A stretch of 25,009 nt of DNA. Origin: a virus. Its lineage: Duplodnaviria; Caudoviricetes. Shown piece after piece: positions 24,423 to 25,009 of this stretch. The stretch is taken from the IMG/VR virus record IMGVR_UViG_3300014202_000031, positions 1 through 25,009 of that record; one strand, 5' to 3'. A program made the translations under genes and the position numbers. The notes under the pieces were generated by a model. That model did not search any database. It worked only from the letters and a program-made list of their open reading frames with translations, and was not told the origin of the DNA. Positions within the stretch are counted from its first letter, which is position 1. Each line of letters opens with the position of its first letter.

Positions 24423-24653
24423 CTACTTAACTCCCCAGTGCTGGATTACCCATGTAATAACTGACCCCACAGTACCGGCAGCGCCGCCAAACATCAATAG
24501 AAACTTCCACCCGCCTCGGGCTTCTGATAACGTCATATTGATGCTCTGCAGAGTCTCTTTAATGTCTTCCATATCCGCAACAATCTTGTCCATATCAGCT
24601 TGAAGGTGCCGGATTTCGGTTTCATGTACTGCCAGTTCTCGTTCAACACTCAT
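24423..24653 (-). CDS. Coiled-coil plus C-terminal TM protein (XhlA-like / holin-like)
   Basis: ERELAVHETEIRHLQADMDK coiled coil then GGWKFLLMFGGAAGTVGSVITW. ATG 24653 after AAGGTGGA (the track starts at GTG 24665). Confidence 0.6.
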   Translation of the reverse strand: MSVERELAVHETEIRHLQADMDKIVADMEDIKETLQSINMTLSEARGGWKFLLMFGGAAGTVGSVITWVIQHWGVK

Positions 24654-25008
24654 TTGCAATTCCACCTTTTACATACTGCCCAGTTAATTTGTCCCGTTTT
24701 TGTGGGTTATCTATAGCTGCCCGCCGTAATTGTTCTTTGAGCTCTGGGGCGCGTTCGTATATTTTAGGTTTCCACCCTGATGAGCGCATATCGCTTAGCT
24801 TATTCTGTGCTAACTTTTGAAGCTTTTCTTTTTGCTCTGGTGTCGCTAACATTGGGTGAGCCCTACCGTGCTCCGTATATCGCATAACCCTTAGATTTTC
24901 AACTTTGTTATCCGCGTGGACCCCGTTTATGTGGTCTACTTGGTCACCGGGTTCTAATCGATTAATAAAGGCATCTGCAACTAACCTATGTACTAAATAC
25001 GACTTACA
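24643..25008 (-). CDS. HNH endonuclease, 5'-truncated by window edge
   Basis: The frame of track ORF 24643-24885 stays open to the edge: CKSYLVHRLVADAFINRLEPGDQVDHINGVHADNKVENLRVMRYTEH, a classic phage HNH motif. Confidence 0.88.
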   Translation of the reverse strand, partial: CKSYLVHRLVADAFINRLEPGDQVDHINGVHADNKVENLRVMRYTEHGRAHPMLATPEQKEKLQKLAQNKLSDMRSSGWKPKIYERAPELKEQLRRAAIDNPQKRDKLTGQYVKGGIANEC

Positions 25009-25009
25009 G

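Noticed and set aside
336-24603. Numerous plus-strand ORFs in the track (e.g. 1282-1761, 4768-5268, 7412-7918, 15069-15521)
   Set aside because: All are antisense shadows of coherent minus-strand genes, with no recognisable motifs.
1-25009. Alternative genetic code, tRNA or rRNA genes
   Set aside because: Standard code 11 gives near-complete coding density with TAA, TAG and TGA all used as stops, and no gap is large enough for a structured RNA gene.

Overview
25 kb of a tailed dsDNA phage genome with podovirus-type morphogenesis genes. The host is probably Gram-negative, judging by the spanin pair. All credible genes lie on the minus strand in one tightly coupled late operon with many TAATG/TGATG/ATGA overlaps. 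Reading right to left: a partial HNH endonuclease, a holin/XhlA-like membrane protein, small basic GG-motif proteins, head-tail adaptors, a second HNH, a block of tail/fibre genes interrupted by a GIY-YIG-like endonuclease, a lysis cassette (M15 peptidase endolysin, holin, Rz with embedded Rz1), a nozzle and needle-like gene, and a DNA-ejection module. The ejection module contains an AspH/LpxO-family 2OG-Fe(II) hydroxylase and a GNAT-like gene, and ends in a >1000-aa protein running off the left edge (absent from the ORF track). Most notable: (1) an apparently real gene overprinted inside the giant ejection gene; (2) a recurring [FYM]-x-x-G-G motif in four otherwise unrelated proteins, one of which carries a module resembling the tape-measure C-terminus; (3) the hydroxylase/acyltransferase pair among the ejection genes. 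Family calls come from motif recognition and synteny, not database searches.
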